In this document: positions 12,411 to 24,019 of the stretch, in pieces
Layout of the letters: each line of letters begins with the position of its first letter
How positions within the stretch are numbered: position 1 is the stretch's first letter
Origin: Gordius albopunctatus
Taxonomy: Eukaryota
Assembly (NCBI GenBank): GCA_964276515.1
Contig: OZ193909.1
Span: forward strand, 12,028,001 to 12,092,000
Direction of reading: 5' to 3'
Length of the DNA: 64,000 nt
Program-made: the position numbers and the translations under genes
The notes under the pieces: generated by a model
The model's database searches: none
Seen by the model: the letters and a program-made list of their open reading frames with translations, nothing else
Told to the model about the DNA's origin: nothing

Positions 12411-13058
12411 ATTAGCTTCTCTATCAATAACCAGGCACAAATGAGTGAATTTTACAAAGTTCAAGAAAATAAATACTTTTACAAAAAATAGTACATAATA
12501 TTAGAATAAAATATCAATAAATGGATTGGCATTCCCTCAATTTTTGGGAAATTTTCCAGCATCCAGCCTAAGGAGATTATAGATATACTATATCTAGGGA
12601 AAAAATTAGCATTGTTTTTAAATATGAGGACAAATATCTATAGATTATAATAAAAATAAAAGTATTAAGAAAATTTTTATATACCAATATTAAGTGTAAA
12701 ATTTATTGGCATTAAATTATTGATGAAACTGTTGATAGAAATAACAAAGAACATTAAAGCTTTATTAATTTAAGCTTCTATATAAAACTCAAAATTAATC
12801 TAAAAAATGTTGGGCTAAATATTTTTAAGCTTGCATAGAAGTAAAGAATGACATAATTGGTTATCAACATTTGAAACAATAAATTGTCACATGGAAAAAA
12901 TTATATACTGTCTACAAAGAAAATGTAATATAGATAATTTGCTTCAAAATATTTTTTTATATATAATTTATTTTAATTTTGACCAACTTAAGTGCAGTAT
13001 ATTGAAAACAAAATTATTTAAGATCTAACTATAAATAATCACAATATATAAAATATAT

Positions 13059-13494
13059 TTAAGACACTTCAAGCTTTGCAGGAAATATTCCATTTTCTCT
13101 CTGGTTATCATATTTTTCAATCTAGATAATATATTAACAGGTGAGAATAATAGTTACATGCATAAAAATAAATTAGTGTATTTTAAAAAGTTATTATAAT
13201 TTAAAAAATATAGCTTCTTACCCATGTACTGGGACAAAGTTTGATGTAGATAAATTTAAAATACTCACATAGTTCAAATTCAGGACCTTTTTTATTAACA
13301 CATCTATGATAATCAACATAATTTTGCCAACAGTTTCTAAAAACATAATTACAACAAGTTAAGACATACATTAATTACAAGGTCTGATTCTGATTGGGGA
13401 ATCTAGCATCATAAGGAGCTGTTTTGATACCCATTCTGGCCAACGTTTGATCCTTTTTCTCCAAATCTCTTTTCTGGGCTTCTGTCAAAGACAT
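13059..13494 (-). CDS. COX6B: cytochrome c oxidase subunit 6B; complement(join(13059..13121,13222..13336,13379..13494)), 97 aa
   Basis: Spliced translation MSLTEAQKRDLEKKDQTLARMGIKTAPYDARFPNQNQTLNCWQNYVDYHRCVNKKGPEFELCEYFKFIYIKLCPSTWIEKYDNQRENGIFPAKLEVS*. It has the TAP.D.RFPNQNQT..CWQNY.D.HRC and CP..W...D.QR..G.FP signatures and four Cys. GT-AG introns are 42 and 100 nt. Confidence 0.95.
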
Positions 13495-14871
13495 AGATAT
13501 TGATAAAATTAGCAAGAATGATCTTTATTGGAAAAGAACAGATAACACGGTTTTATCCAAAACAACGCAACATATGTGCATTCTACTATTGCCAACCAAT
13601 TTTTGCGTGCTTTACAGATCTCTTGCATCATTATGATGTTTTATTCAATTTAATAAGGGAATTATCTGTGTTTTTAATTTTTAATAAATAATGATGTATT
13701 ATAGTTATTTGCTATCATCAATTCCAAATTCTTTTGAACTTTGAAACAAACTTATAATAAAGATTCAGGTAATTTGTAGTGCAATTAGCTTAAAATACTT
13801 TAGAATTAAAAAATTTAAATGTGTTATACTGCTAGCATATTTAACAATCCCTTAATTATTTTATTACGTATTTTATGGCGCTGTTTTAAATTCTAAAGAA
13901 TTTTCCAAGCCTACTTTAGAGAATTACACTAGACAACAAATATTGACCTTGTGAAATCAACTGGAAAACGGGTAACAGATTCTGGTAGAGTTTTTTGTGG
14001 GGATCACGAATATGTTGTTATTTTTTGTTATATACGAGATGTTTTTGAAATAATTAGTCTCAAAGTTGTGAAAAGGTCGTTTTTGACCCTTTTTGACGAT
14101 GAATACTGCGAAGATGAATCGAGAAAGTTAAAAAGTTAAAGTTCTAAACGATATTACAATTTGATTTTAAAAACTTAAAAAAATTTTTTTAATCTACCTG
14201 CAATAGTTTTAATTTTATGACGAAAATTCAATTACCCCCTTGTTAAATTCCCCTCCCTTATATGCATACATAACACTATACCGCAAGTGCACATGCGTAG
14301 TGTGAAAGAGCTAGATAGTAGGTCACTACTCTTACTATTACTACTACGCCTCTCTTCATCAATCAAACTTTCCTCCCTCATCATACCAGCAATCTCAACA
14401 CCTCCTCCCGCTTACTCCTTCTACTCTTGTTTAAAAACTAGATTTGATGCTATATAAAGGATTTTATTAAAAGATGTTTAAATTTTTCATTATACCCCTC
14501 GCAAAATTTAAATGAACCGTGGGTGTAGGCAGGGAGGCCCCCCCCTAAATGAATTTTTTTAATTTTTCGATATAAAATTAGGAAAAAAATTGTGTTTTGC
14601 CCCACTTAAATGCTATAAATTTTTTTCGCTCGCCCCAGTTTCATTTGCACCCATATTCTCACAAAATTCCAAATGTCAATGGATTGCGCATCACATGAAC
14701 ATTTTATATCAGCTTTACAATAAATTAGCAATGAATTAGGTGTTGCAAAAATTCTTATCAAAATTCAAACAATATGTCTCTTCAAAAATCAAATATAGTC
14801 GGGTTGATTAACAAATCGAAAATTAAAGTTATTTTTACAGATAAATCTTTACTAGGTTAAAAAAATAATCT

Positions 14872-17800
14872 TTTCTCTTCTTTATCTGTTATTTGGTCCC
14901 ACAGTCGTGGGGTTTGTTTTGATGAGTTTCTTCCATCTTGACCAGGTGAGTGCCATATCTTGACTAATCTTTTATGTTTTCATTACTTTATCGACTTGCC
15001 CTTTTCATGTGTCATGTGGTCGTCCTCTTCCTCTCTTGCCCGGTACATCCATGTCCAGTACTTTTTGATTTACGTCATCCGTATCCGTCTCCTTAGTATA
15101 TGCCCATACCACCTTAGCCGATTTTTGTTAAACATATCCGCCATAGGTTGAATACCCATTTTGTCATAAGAAAGACATTCGTCAATAGTCGAGCTTAGTA
15201 TAACACGAGCTCCACCGTATCATTCTCATCTCTGTGGCTTGTAATTGCTTTCCTTCCGTGGTGTTTAATGCCCATGTTTCACTTCCATAGAGTAACACCG
15301 GTCCTACGATGGATTTGTAAGCTTTGCTCTTCAACCATATTAGCATTTTCTTGTCGCACATTACACCGGATATACTTCGCCATTTAAGCCATCCTTTTTG
15401 GATCCGGGCATTGACTTCTGTTGTGCAACCTCCCTCTTGATGTAGCATCGAGCCGAGGTATGTGAACCTGTCTACTTTTGGGTACTTTAGATGGTCATCC
15501 AGCGATGGGGTGCCTGTACCGTTCATTTCCATGTATACCGTTTTTCTATCCTTGACCTTTAATCCATATCCAGCTAAGCGCTTTGACCATTTTTTGAACG
15601 TCCCTCGTTATCGTGTCTATAATTATATTAAATAAAAAGAGACTTAAAGCAGAGCCTTGATGTAATCCAATATTAACCCGAAAAGGTTTAGAGTCTCCAA
15701 CTGTCGTCCTAACGCAAGAGTTTGAAGCTTCATAAATATTTTTCATAAGCCGTATATATGCGTCAGGGATATTTTGTTTCCTCAGCCACCACCATATTAA
15801 GTCGCGGGGGACCGTGTCATAAGCTTTCTCCAAGTCGATAAACACCATATGTAAGTCTTTCCTCTTTTCACCATACTTATCCATCATTTGTCTCAGGGCG
15901 AAGATTGGGTCGATTGTGGATTTGCCGGCCACGAATCCGAATTGATTAGCCGATATTTCCACCTCGCTTTTCAGCCTTGTTACTAAGATCCTTTCCAAAA
16001 GCTTCAAGGAGTGGCAAGTTAGCTTGATACCTCTGTAATCGTCGCAGTCCTGAGGGTCTCCTTTGCCTTTAAATAATGGTATAATCGTGCTTGCTCTCCA
16101 TTGATTAGGGATTCGCTCTTCTACCAATATCTTGTTAAGGAGGTTCGTCATGGTGGTGACTCCTTCTTCACGACATCCGAGCAATGCTTCCATAGGTATT
16201 CCATCTGGACCATTTGCTTTTCCTTTTTGCATCTTGTTCATTTGTGTTCTAACTTCATCCTCCTGAAAGAGTTCGACCATATTTATATTTGGCTCAATTT
16301 CGGGAAGGGAATCCTTGTCGTTTGCAATATTCATAAGTTTCTTAAAATATCCTTTCCACCTTTCCATCACTTCTTTCGGCTTGAATAAGGTTTGACCCTT
16401 CTCGCTTTTGACTATTTTAAGAACTCCGACATCGCGACTTTTCTTCTCCCTTATCTTGCCCAATTTTTACAAAGGCCTATCGCCCCCTTTATGATCCAGT
16501 TTGTTTGCCATCTCGGTGTACGCGGCATTTTTCGTTTTTGCAACGGCCTTTTTTGCGGCCCTTTTTGCGTACCTATACTCTTGATAATCCTCCGACTTTT
16601 TTGATTTATGCCACCGTCTATATAGATTTTTTTTTCTTTCGATGAAATCTTTAACCGATTGATCCCACCACCATAGTTCCCTATTCATAGCTTTGCCTCC
16701 TTTGGTCTATCCTAGAACACGAATCACTGTTTCCTTAATGTCCTTAGATAGCGTCTCCCAATCGTCATCTACGTCCCTTTGCAACTTCCTTGCACCCAAG
16801 AGTGAACAGGCTTTTTGATGGTATTCTTTGTTCTTCGACGTATCCTTTAGCCTTTCGTATCGAATTCGAGGTTCATAGAACTTTCTTCTTTTGGGAAATA
16901 CTCTTCTGTCAAAATCCATAACAAGGGGACGATGTTGCCTGGCGATTTCTTCTCCCGGTATCACTTTGCAATGTTTGGTACTCCATAAGTCCTTTCGCCG
17001 TATAAGCAAATAGTCAATTTGACTAAAATGCTTCCCACTTCTATAGGTCACAATATGATTGTCGCGTTTTTGAAAATAGGTGTTAACGATCCCCATGTCA
17101 TGTGCTTGAGATACTTGGAGAAGTTTTTCACCTTCTTTGTTCTTCAGACCATGCCCATAGCCTCCATGATTGCGTTCATACTCGAGGCGATCTTTTCCTA
17201 CGTGAGCGTTGAAATCGGCCCCAATAATTAGCCTTTCTTCCTGTCGGATTCCTTGTATTTCCTTTTCCAATGAATCGAATAATATGTCTTTCTCTGATTC
17301 CGAACACCAAATTTGGGGACCATAGGCGCACATAATGGTTAGGAGGCCTCCTTGATTTGCAATCTTCACCCACATTAGCCTGTCGGAACAACGCTTGACT
17401 TCCAACACCTTGTCCTTGAACGATTCGCTTAGAACGATACCGACCCCGTTTCTACGATTTGGTGACCCACTGTAGGAAAGCCTGTATCCTTCTCCTGATT
17501 CCTAAGCTTTCGTTCCGTTCCACCTCGTCTCTTGTAGGCAGGCGATGTGTACCTTTCTTCTTTTTAGCATTTGTGCGACCTCGATGCTCTTCCCCGTCAA
17601 CGTTCCCACATTCCAGCACGTTATTCGAATTTTTTCCACAACTAATTTCCTTAACCGCCTTCGTTGTGAGTCAGGCAGTAACCCTTGTGGATTTTTCACA
17701 TTGTACGGGCGGGGCATGCAGTGCGCGTCGTTTGTGGAGGACGCCCTAGCCTTTTCTTGTAAAATCTTGTTTTAAACTATCATAATTTTGGAGTTGGTTT

Positions 17801-17877
17801 TTATAGCCGGTTTCCGACCTGACGCCAACCCTCCAGTTTTTGCACACGGACTTGGGACCGTCCTAGGTAGTGTTGTC
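14872..17877 (-). mobile_element. RTE-clade LINE (RTE-A) copy 1, near full length, inactivated
   Basis: APE domain (TCWNVGTL, IACLQET, GADFNAHVG, QIDYLL) and RT (FIDLEKAYD, GLHQGSALS). 13-bp TSD AAAAAAATAATCT at 14859-14871 and 17878-17890. In-frame stops at 17502, 16707 and 16467, and a deletion removing YADD near 15590. Confidence 0.95.
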
Positions 17878-19001
17878 AAAAAAATAATCTATTAAATCTA
17901 TAATAATTTTTCCAAATATGGCAAAGCGGTATATCCGATCCTTTTCTAGTTTTGACTTAAGTTTAGTTGTTTACTATCAATTTTACCCTAACTCAATGTA
18001 AAATATACATACGACGGTAATTATAATTTATTAGAGTTTTTATTACTAGTTTTAAATTTCACGAAATTATCGTCTGGGCGATTTTGTAGAGATTTTTTAA
18101 CATTCGAATAAATTTTTTTGCTCAATCATATTTTACACTTATCATTAGTTTGCCATAGTTTATTGCTACTATCATTGCTGACACATTTCAATTATTTAGT
18201 GCATAATATATCTTAAGGTAAAGTCTAAAATTTTTCTTGTTAACTATTTTTAGTGCAGATTATACAGTTAACCTATTAAACTGGAATAATACGAATTTAA
18301 CTAGTTTTGCATGTTAAAACGGCTTTAATAACCAAGGAGAAAGTTTAGATTAAAATGTTCAAATATGTCGAAAGCAATGCCTACTTAAATAAAAGCGTAT
18401 GGATTATTATAAACAAAGAGATTTATATAATCATTAATAGTGTTCTTATATAGCGTGTCCTATTAGACCTACGCTGTTGAAAAGTGTAAAAAGACTTTAT
18501 CGTCACATCACTATCAAATATTGTGAGAAGCGCTTCCCTAATGTAAGGTCTCTTTTTTATGATCCACTCCCCTAAGGTCCTAAACCTTAGATAAAATTAT
18601 TATTAAGCGAGGTTTTATAGCATCGCCACCGACGCCCTATTTACTAGCTATACTTCTAAAGCCTAGATTATTTATACATGGCTACCTAGACAGGACTCAA
18701 TGTGTTGTTGACTATAACAATTAGCCAAGACCTCATAATCATATATCTAATGCATCCGAGTCTCTATGTCAAAATAATAAAATGATTGGTTTGCACCAAG
18801 GAAACTATCACATATAACATGGCTATTATAAGCATACCTTAATATCACTCTAGACTCTAGAAGATCCCTTAATATTATAATTGCTTTAAAAAATATAGGT
18901 TATCGTGGCTTATAAATAAAAGTTGGGATCAATATTTTAAATTGCAATATGGGGTCTAAATGTTATATGACAAATTAATTTTAACGTAAATTCAATTATT
19001 T

Positions 19002-20300
19002 TTAATTCACGCTTTGTGCTGAATTACTTGACACTTGTTTGTCATTTTCAGATAATGAATTTCTTGAAGGCTTTCTAGGTTTGGGTGTATTACCTATTAA
19101 ATTTGATGATTTGTTAGACAGTATAGGGGATGTATTTTTGCCAGTTGTTAGTTTTTTGCTTTTATTGTTTTTGGAACTTTGCAAATTTGAGTTCATCTTA
19201 CTCTTAGTTAAATTTAGATCTCTGGTTAATTCAATATGACTTAAACCGCCAGAGGTGGAGGATTCTGATAGTTTTTCTTTACCTTTATATGAAGCCTTTT
19301 TATTATTTGCCATATCATTTTTAGATTTTTCAAGTTTAACATGATCCAATGATGTTTTTGAAAATAAGGAAGCGTTGCTTTCTACACCTTGGGATTTGTG
19401 ATTATTTTTCAAATTTTTTGACTTACCTGGCGTCTCTTTGTAATTGTCCAGTGTTCCTGACGATAGATCTTTTTCCACAGGGTTCGGTGAACAATCTTGC
19501 TTATAGCGTCCTGGTTGTCCTTCAAAATCTGAAACGGGTTTATATCTCTTGTGAGGTGAAGCTTTGATTTGGTGGTTATGCGGTACTTCGTTACCTTTTG
19601 GTACGTGTCTGGGTGTATGAGAGCCTGTACTAAATTTATGTTGATAAAAATAGGATAGCTTTTCGGATTTTTCGTTCCTCGCTACATCGAATTCTATTCG
19701 AATCAAATGCTCAACTTGGTCATTTATAAATGGTGATATCCGATTAATAAGAATTTTGAGCTTTTGATTGTTGCTTTGACTAAAACACTTATTGATAACT
19801 GTAATATTGAACAGAAAGTCATATGACTCTAAAATATCTTTGCCCATGATAAATTTATTTTCTTGTACAAGCAACGAAGATAGAGGTTCGTACTCCGATG
19901 ATATGTCATTAAAGATTATCAACATATCTATATTTTCTAAAAATTCCTTTAAAGAATCCCTGCAGATTTGCATGGTGTCAAGTAGCATCAGAATAAATGA
20001 ATCGTTAAATGGAAACTTGCTTCGGTAAAAAGAAAAAATAATTGAAAGCATGGAATGGAACCTTAAGGCAATCATCTCTAAATTCTCAAGCTCATCGTAG
20101 GCATAGGATTTGATTTTAATCTCTTCAATAACTTGTTGAACAAATTTAACCATAATGACAAAATGCTTAACTCCCACCTCTTTGTTGCTACATGCATTGT
20201 CCACAAAGTTCCATAAACTTTTTAATAGTGAAAGAGCGTACGTGCTATTTATATGCAAATGCCGGTTGATAATGTCAAAATTTGAGTTTAAAACATTCAT
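19002..20300 (-). CDS. uncharacterised 432-aa protein (predicted helical N-half, S/K/N-rich low-complexity C-half)
   Basis: 1.3-kb ATG-initiated uninterrupted ORF in very AT-rich DNA. No domain recognised. A possible GT donor just before the stop means a short extra 3' exon cannot be excluded. Confidence 0.65.
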   Translation of the reverse strand: MNVLNSNFDIINRHLHINSTYALSLLKSLWNFVDNACSNKEVGVKHFVIMVKFVQQVIEEIKIKSYAYDELENLEMIALRFHSMLSIIFSFYRSKFPFNDSFILMLLDTMQICRDSLKEFLENIDMLIIFNDISSEYEPLSSLLVQENKFIMGKDILESYDFLFNITVINKCFSQSNNQKLKILINRISPFINDQVEHLIRIEFDVARNEKSEKLSYFYQHKFSTGSHTPRHVPKGNEVPHNHQIKASPHKRYKPVSDFEGQPGRYKQDCSPNPVEKDLSSGTLDNYKETPGKSKNLKNNHKSQGVESNASLFSKTSLDHVKLEKSKNDMANNKKASYKGKEKLSESSTSGGLSHIELTRDLNLTKSKMNSNLQSSKNNKSKKLTTGKNTSPILSNKSSNLIGNTPKPRKPSRNSLSENDKQVSSNSAQSVN

Positions 20301-20624
20301 ATTTATTTAAATCATAACATTAGCGAACAATTTAGTATATTGATAGCATACACACATAATTATGACATCAGAATATGACATTTAATTTCTTCCTACTAAT
20401 AAACGCATATTATTCTATTACAAAATAATTTAGGTCTATACATGTTAAAAAAGTTTTTTAACTGGTGAATAGCTCTTAGTTTAAATAAATTATTCCAATT
20501 TTAAAGCTTTGGGTAATTTGGTAAGGGTAGGGATGCTTAATTAATCCTTTTCCTTTATATTAAAATTAGATTTATTACTTAAATTCAATGCAAGCTATAT
20601 CAGGAAAATTATTTTACGATATTA

Positions 20625-20892
20625 GGGCCCGTCTTAATATACAATTCAACTTCAAAGCGCCATATTTTTGTTTGTCTAAATATGCGATATAAAGTCGTGG
20701 AATCAACGATTTTAGTTTAGTTACCATATGAATTTCCATTAATAAGCGCAATTAAAAGATAAATATTTGTTTTATGAGCAAAAACACAAAAATAGAATTA
20801 AAATGAAGCGACGCTCGAATTAAAACGCCTCTATGTTTTAACATGCATTCGTTTTTTGAATCTAGATTCAAAATCGCGTATTATACGCACCC
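20625..20892. mobile_element. PIF/Harbinger-type (Tourist-like) MITE, 268 bp
   Basis: 3-bp TTA TSD. Imperfect TIRs GGGCCCGTCTTAATA / TATTATACGCACCC. A second copy is at 60208-60467. Confidence 0.8.
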
Positions 20893-22995
20893 TTAGTTGT
20901 GTGTATTTTTTTAAGTTTAGATGATTACTTATTGCTCCATTTAACATCTAAAATCATGATTATTAAAACAATATTAATTTTTAAGCCTATATCTGCTTGA
21001 CCTTTTTATTATAAATATTAATCAAATCTAGTCTCAAATTATCGGAATCATATTTGCTAACATTCATAAATCTTATAAACCTTTTGTAGTTAATATGTTT
21101 TGAATGTTTAACATAGATTTTATTTTTTAACAAAAAATATTATTAGAATTCTCTAACCATTGGATGATTCGGTTGTAAAAATCATGAAGTTAGTTTACCT
21201 TGTCGTACATTTAGATGAGGGTAACACGCAGAGTCTATATAACTCTGTTTTGAGTAGGAATTGACTTAATTTACAAAAATAGTTTTTATAGATTAAAAAC
21301 AAAATATCAGTATAATATACGTCTCTATAGGTTTGACACTTTATCTGTAAGCTTTGAAAGGGAGCCACCCTTAAATATATAATATTAGCGAACTCGAGTC
21401 TAAATTCGGTCATTTATGTATAAGTAGGGAAAGATTTTATCAGGATGTAGGACACCATTACAATTAAACCTTATGCGCATAAGGGTATTTATTAATTAGT
21501 AATTCAGGCGCAACATTATTGGATTTGAATAGAGTATTTGGCCTAATCGATATTTTTCCAAGTTATCTCGAGAAGTGAAGCTTCAATTTATTTGATATGC
21601 AAATCTAATATTATAAGTATATATGTTAATGACAAAGGGGAGCGTCCCATTATTTTATCAACTTCCCAATCACTTAAACGCAACGCTTATAAAATCCTTG
21701 GAGGTGGTTGACCACGAAGGATGATATTATGTCTGCATTTGAAATAAATAATGAACGTAGGTTTAATGTAATTATTATTAGGAATTAGGAGATTGTAATT
21801 CAGCATAAAATGCTACTTAATATGCTAAAATTATATTGCTTTAACAACCACACCCACTTTATACTCCACTAAAACTATATAAATGTTTTGACGGCAGCAG
21901 TACATAATAAGGATTATTGATATAATTTAATGCTCAAATTATAATGGGATAAAATTTCAATGTACACCCCTTATATTTGTGAATATTGACACTTTCGAAA
22001 CTCTACTTTACCCAGTTGGCCTTCATATTTGGATTTAATTGAAAATTTACTTACGATTAGACTTTTAATAGCTTATATCTAATAATAACTAACATAAAAA
22101 CAATTATAAATGACTTCCTCAATTTAAGATTCCCTTAAACATTAAATAAAAAAAATAATTTATTTTAATTTAACCATTTTCGTTATGGTCATTTTATTAA
22201 TTAATTTAATATAGCAAATGTGAGTTTTATAAGATTTAATCATCCAAGGTCTATGTGTCATGCATAAATCCATATAAAACGAAAGCTCCTTAGGCCCTAC
22301 GAGATAAATCGTGTTTGGTCAAACAAGTAAATTACCTTAGTATTAGAGTTCATATACAGACGAAAAAAAATTTATGATACGATTAGAAAAATTTAATCTT
22401 AAAATTAAGAGAAATATTTTGCGGCTACAATTCACTATTCGCAAGATCTATGCAATTAAAAATTAAAAGAAAATCGTGGACACTACTATATGTATTGTAA
22501 ATAAGATTAATCCACAAACCAACTTTCGATAGGTGTCAAAGAGACGGAGAAAATTTAATGCTTATCCATTTGTCTTCCTTGCGTTAACTTATTAACTAGT
22601 TATCAAGGTGTAAAATTTTTATAATTCAATCTTTACGGTGTTATATAAAAACAATTAGTCAATATTTACATTTATAAAATGATAAGCGCAATTATTTCAG
22701 ATAGTTTACCAAATTTATAAAGTTTAGAATAATTGCCAAAATTTTTGCTACTCATTAATTTATATACTTTTTTTTAATTTGTCTGTGATATTAATAAACC
22801 AAGTTTTTTTTTTGTTAAATGTAAAAAACTATGATAGGGGTCCAATAAAATAGGGTATTTTGGGAGGGGATAAATGTGTTTTTTTTGGAAAGTTGAACCT
22901 TAATATTGTTAAATACATAAAAAGAGGCTAGCTACATACTAATTTATTACAAACGCATTAAAGAGACAATGGTGGAATATTTTTTCTTGTCTTTA

Positions 22996-23965
22996 TTGAC
23001 ATCTCTAAAGCGTATGTATAATTGGCTAATTCGATTAAGGATGGATCTTGATTTCTTTTTAAAATATTTATATGATATTAACATATAAATAATTGATAAA
23101 AGTAAGGCATTTATTGGACGGTTGTTAACGCCATAATATCTTTAAAGTTTTTTTTCCAAATGCGACGATAAAAATGCTAAGATTTGATAGTGAATTTCTT
23201 TTAAAATTTTTTCTTTTAATTTCTAAACTCGCACTATACTTAGGCCTTTGGGATTGACAACAGTTTTATTTAAATAGTTTTCCAAAACAGTTTAACTTTA
23301 AAAGATTACAACTAAATATTATTCCCAATTTCCTATATTAATCCATATTAGCGCTCCTAGGGTTAGGGCATTTGATATAAATTTCAATAATATCAATTAA
23401 CTTTTATCATTGTTATTTCAAAATAAATCGTTATGTCCTATAAGTATCCTAGTATGAAAATTAAATTTATATTTCAATATATTAATTCTACTAATATCAA
23501 TTTATTAAAAAAATATTTTAAAATGCAAATACTTAAATATAAAAACGTAATAACTGAATTTAAATTGAGAATTATACATTTGATTCTAGAGCAAGACGCG
23601 GTTTAACTTTGATAAATTATACCTTAGCAATTGCAATCTATTATTCAGGGAATTTAATAAGTTTTTTTAAATAATAGATAAAATCGTAAAAAATTCTATC
23701 AAGATTAATTACAGATATTTAATTTTCCAGGTAATTATTGCAATATGTATCATCATACCCGTAGATATTGTTTGGGATCTATTTGATAAAAGTAACCTGT
23801 TATAGGTTAAATCGCCTATTAATTTAGACAAAAATAATGACTCATTCATTATGTGTTCACTTTGTATATATTAGCTATCATCTTTGATCTTTTAGAATTA
23901 GTTTGAATAAGACTAACTTGCCATTGAAATTATCGGCCGAAATTTTCCTTTTCTAATTCATCTGT

Positions 23966-23971
<6 letters not shown>
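22996..23971 (+). repeat. 976-bp direct repeat, left copy (putative target-site duplication of the CRE insertion)
   Basis: Matches 25711-26686 at a constant offset of 2715. One substitution seen (T23846/C26561). Confidence 0.95.

Positions 23972-24019
<48 letters not shown>

Noticed and set aside
16467..16709. Programmed stop-codon readthrough or an alternative genetic code in the RTE ORF (same in-frame stops in both copies)
   Set aside because: TAA terminates host genes normally here. The shared stops lie in the homogenised core together with a lethal YADD deletion, and stops outside the core are private to each copy.
16101..17775. Plus-strand ORFs overlapping the LINE (also at 55257-56931 and opposite the piggyBac, CRE and orphan ORFs)
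   Set aside because: These are antisense shadows of real coding frames with no independent protein signatures.
21195..21413. 72-aa ORF ending at a GTAAAC donor, as a possible first exon of the orphan gene
   Set aside because: No in-frame acceptor was found upstream of 20300 and there is no recognisable homology.
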